Origin: Mytilus californianus
Taxonomy: Eukaryota
Direction of reading: 5' to 3'
Assembly: GCF_021869535.1 (NCBI RefSeq)
Contig: NW_026262701.1
Coordinates: 18,414,001-18,478,000, forward strand
Length of the DNA stretch: 64,000 nt
Each line of letters opens with the position of its first letter. Position 1 is the first letter of the stretch. Position numbers and translations under genes: made by a program. This document shows positions 60,292-64,000 of this stretch, piece after piece. The notes beneath the pieces are model-generated. The model searched no databases. It had not been told where the DNA came from and worked only from the letters and a program-made list of their open reading frames with translations.

Positions 60292-61229
60292 GGTATCGGG
60301 TCTGTTCGCGCCCAATACACGTTCGCACACTACACTTTGGCACCCCACACGTTCGCCTCCTGAGTCAGTTCTCACCCTACACGTTCGCACCTTTTTTTTA
60401 ATTCAAAAACCTGATGAATTGTTTGATGCTTTTTAGATGTTTATATCAAAATATTGTTCATAATTAAAATTTCGGGAATTGTTTTTAAATTGATTTGATG
60501 ATTAATTATTATATGTTAATTATGTATGATTACTGTTAATATGGTTTTTATGCAGCTAAACTTGGTGTTATTGTTATGTGTTTGAAAATCGTAATTGTTG
60601 TTTTAACTAGCTTTGATGTGAATTCTGCATATAGTTAGTATGTATTTAGCTTGGTATGATAAAAACAATGAAGATTCAAAATGTTATTGTTGTTGAGTTT
60701 AATAGCGGTTTGGTATCTTAACATTAAAATAATATTCAACACAAAAAACCTTTTTAGAAATTTTTTTTTATTTTGAAACAATGAAAAAAAAAATTTGTAG
60801 CAACACACTAACCAAAACACGTTTAAAAAAATATTCAACACAAAAAACGTCACTTTATTTTGAAACAATGGGAAACAAATATTATTTATAGCAATACACT
60901 ATAAACCAAAACACGATTAAAAAATATTTAACACTAAAAACGTCACTTTATTTTGAAATAATGAAAAAAAAAACTATTTATAGCAATACAATAACCAAAA
61001 CACGATTAAAAAATTATTTTAAAAACACAAAAATCTATTTTAAAAAGTCACTTCATTTTGAAACAATGAACAAAAAAAATATTTATAGCAATACACTAAC
61101 CAAAAAAACGATTGAAAAATTATTAAACACAAAAAACAATAAAAAGGGTGCAAACGTGAAGGGTGCGAACGTGTAGGGGGCGAACCTGAATGGGAGCAAA
61201 CGTGTTTTTGGGCGAACGGACCCGGATTC
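60292..61229. mobile_element. Mutator/MULE-like non-autonomous element
   Basis: ~100-bp TIRs built of cacgttcgc repeats; 9-bp TSD ATGGTCCAG (60283-60291 and 61230-61238); internal ~100-bp AT-rich tandem repeats. Interrupts a family A-like remnant. Confidence 0.75.
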
Positions 61230-61807
61230 ATGGTCCAGCGACTTTGAATAATTTAGCAATGTTGCTGTCTATCAGATTGTTTTTTTTATGAGTTTTCTGC
61301 TGACAGGCAAGACATATCTCTGTGTCAACAGTTTATTATTATAAAGTTCCAAATCTAAAAATGGATAACAGGCATTGTTTTTGTGTAAATATATATCTAA
61401 ATCTATAACCTTTCAGAATGTCAAATGAATGTACATGAATTCAGTTGATGATAATTATTGGTGTTAAATGCCATGTTAACATTTGTTGTTAACTGTTCAC
61501 TCCCTTATGAAAGTTTATTTAAAAAAAAAGGTAAAAGAAGGTTTGAATCTGTAGCTTGAAGTTCAAGGTTATGAGCTCTATACTTAATCTTTCAGGTTTT
61601 TCAAGCAACTGTCAAGACGATGAGCAACATTAATTACATTGTTGGTTGGATATATTGGTTATGTCCTTGTAGTTTTAAAGAGTTTTCTCATCTATTTGAC
61701 ATACTCTAGAGATTCCTTTCCACTCCTCTTGATATGAAGAATTCATGGTACAATGTATTGAAACAGTTATCATGGTTATAACCATTTTTTATTTGTAGTG
61801 AAGAAAA

Positions 61808-63205
61808 ATGCAATGGTTGAGGCAGAGCCATGGTTTGACGTTAGCTGTGATGGCAGGAGTTATGGCTTCCTTAGGATCAACGTTTGCTAAGTTGGCTATG
61901 AGTGGAGATATCGTACTGTCTTATTGTCTACTCTTAGTAGGAAATCACAAGTGTCAACAGGTAAGCTGTTAAACATGAAGTCCATCACAATCTTTACCAT
62001 CCATCTTCACTATCCAGAACTGGATACGGATATTGATGAATTGTTATAAGAGAATTTATAGGATGTTCAGTAAAGGTTACCTGGAGAATATAAAGTAGAT
62101 GGCAATCTCATTTTTAGCCAATGATAACATGAGGGTAGGTATGCCCTTTACTGTCAGACGTCAAACGGTCATTTTTCGGCTACCACTAGCGTCAAATTGG
62201 TTAAATTTAAAATTTTACTGTGATTCGTCACAATATCCTTATCGTGCTTCATTAGAGTTCTCAAATAATTACCGTTACTGTTATTTTTGGAATAAAATTA
62301 ACGTGATTCGTCAAAATCAGTCGAGTTTTTTATCGTCTTAAAGAAAGTGTACATTTTATCGTCATGCACAAAAAATTACCGTTAACGTCATTTGGCAAGA
62401 TTTTTTACCATTATTTGTCATGAAGGTGCCCCCATTACGACCCTCTAACATGGGATGGACTAACAAATGCTAAAAATGGTCTTTATCAATATAATGTAAG
62501 TTCCACTGTAAATTCAGAAATAAATGTTTTATTTTAGATTTTAAAAACAATTTGGGTCATCAGAAACTACATTTGATTGATCTTTTAGTAAATTATGTAA
62601 TTAGTATGTTCACGTTGATATGGGTCCATGTTGTAGATTTTCTGATATTCCTTATATAAAGACTTGTTAACTGTTGCTTATAGAGTACTGCAGTTCTTTT
62701 CACCACAATTCCTATGAGAAATTTAATTATAACTGCATGAGGATCAATTTTACCTGCAAGTTTATTTATTATTTAATTCGAAAAGTGAGGATATTGGTTG
62801 CATGTACATGTGTACCTGTAGTCATGGTAGCGGCACTGTGGGACTTTTTAAAGTTTTAATTTTTTTTAAAAGAAAACAACATATTTAAGCATGATTAGGT
62901 ATTCAAAATTTTGTATCTAAGTGATGTTCTCATAATATTTGTACATCAGGTTTTTTCATATTCTTACAAGATATATCTATTATACATATACAACATGTAC
63001 AAGTGATTATTTTCATGTATGGTATTTGTTGTGTAATGGTGTGTACTCTAATTTTCAGATTAGTGTGTACATACAAGTGATGTGTTTCCTAATGATATTT
63101 GTATGTAATGGAGTGATGTGGACCTTCTTCACTAGATCTTTACAGTACTGTTCATCATCAGTGGAGGCTACTGTAACTAATACAGCTTCTAATTTCTTGT
63201 TCACA
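61808..63205 (+). CDS. TMEM42: Transmembrane protein 42, 3'-partial. Exons 61808-61960 and 63059-63205
   Basis: LAVMAGVMASLGSTFAKLAM and VCNGVMWTFFTRSLQYCSSSVEATVTNTASNFLFT match the TMEM42 family; phase-0 GT-AG junctions; remaining exon lies beyond the window. Confidence 0.85.
62131..62445. mobile_element. Degenerate MITE in a TMEM42 intron
   Basis: GAGGGTAGGTATG / CATTACGACCCTC ends; internal cgtca repeats. Confidence 0.35.
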
Positions 63206-63536
63206 GTAAGTAAAATATATATGATATGTCAATCATCTGAAATTTGGTATCCACGGCTTGTAAATTACATTTAGGCAGTACTATCATGATCACAGACCAA
63301 TGAGATTTTTATTGTCCATGAAATTATACTTTTATGAAAAGTGAAAACAATTATTAAAGACAATTAAACACTCTATTATAGAGCAATAATGTTAAAAGGA
63401 ATTCAAGAAAGAAGAAAACACATATTATTCTCTGAAACTGCTTTGACAGCATTAACCAACATTGTCAGGAATAATTTATAGACAGATTTTGTCTCTCCTT
63501 GACGGAGTCCAAAAAAATTGAAAAATATTATCTAGG

Positions 63537-64000
63537 TTTTTATGCCCCCGCCGTAGCGGTGGGGGCATTAAGTTTTACCCTTGTCCGTCTGTACGTACGT
63601 ACGTACTTCCCAAAATTGGTTTCCGTTCTCTAACTTGAGTTTGCCTCAACCAAATGTTATGAAACTTATACACAATGCTTATTACCACAAAATATTATCT
63701 AGGTTTTTATGCCCCCGCCGTAGCGGTGGGGGCATTAAGTTTTACCCTTGTCCGTCCGTACGTCCCAAAATTGGTTTCCGTTCTCTAACTTGAGTTTGCC
63801 TCAACCAAATGTTATGAAACTTATACACAATGCTTATTACCACAAAACACAGATCAAGTTTGAATTTTGGTGGCGTCACTTTAACCGTTCTAGAGTTATG
63901 CCCCTTTATAAATGGAAAAATTACAAAATTTTTAGTTTCTGTTCTCTAACTTAAGTTTGCCTCAACCAAATGTTATGAAACTTATACACAAGGCTAATTA
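63537..64000 (+). mobile_element. HINE-like family C element (runs off the window) with duplicated 5' end
   Basis: Hairpin ATGCCCCCGCCGTAGCGGTGGGGGCAT, GTAC/GTCC microsatellite, 161-bp cores. Confidence 0.7.

Noticed and set aside
1-64000. tRNA, snRNA or snoRNA genes
   Set aside because: The only Pol III boxes seen belong to SINE heads, and no convincing ncRNA fold or box set was found by eye; an Infernal/tRNAscan run would be decisive.

Overview
AT-rich eukaryotic genomic DNA with spliced genes. The repeat families resemble bivalve, probably Mytilus-like, DNA (inference). Five genes could be rebuilt by hand from GT-AG sites with consistent phases: SNRPB/SmB (-), a small transmembrane Sel1-repeat protein (+), dynein light chain roadblock DYNLRB (+), EMC8/9 (-) and the first two coding exons of TMEM42 (+). 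An apparently intact single-ORF LINE lies in DYNLRB intron 2. Most of the rest is non-autonomous TE material: five Helentron/HINE-like families carrying 120-170-bp core repeats, TIR MITEs, two tRNA-SINEs and Penelope remnants. Best leads: (1) DYNLRB has two homologous 47-nt terminal coding exons, each followed by AATAAA; (2) the LINE ORF begins with signal peptide, hydrophobic segment, 2A-like DVNLNPGP and PHD before APE-RT; (3) a perfect 48-bp duplication gives EMC8/9 exon 3 two identical in-frame donors. All coordinates were counted by hand; TE boundaries are approximate and no database search was run.
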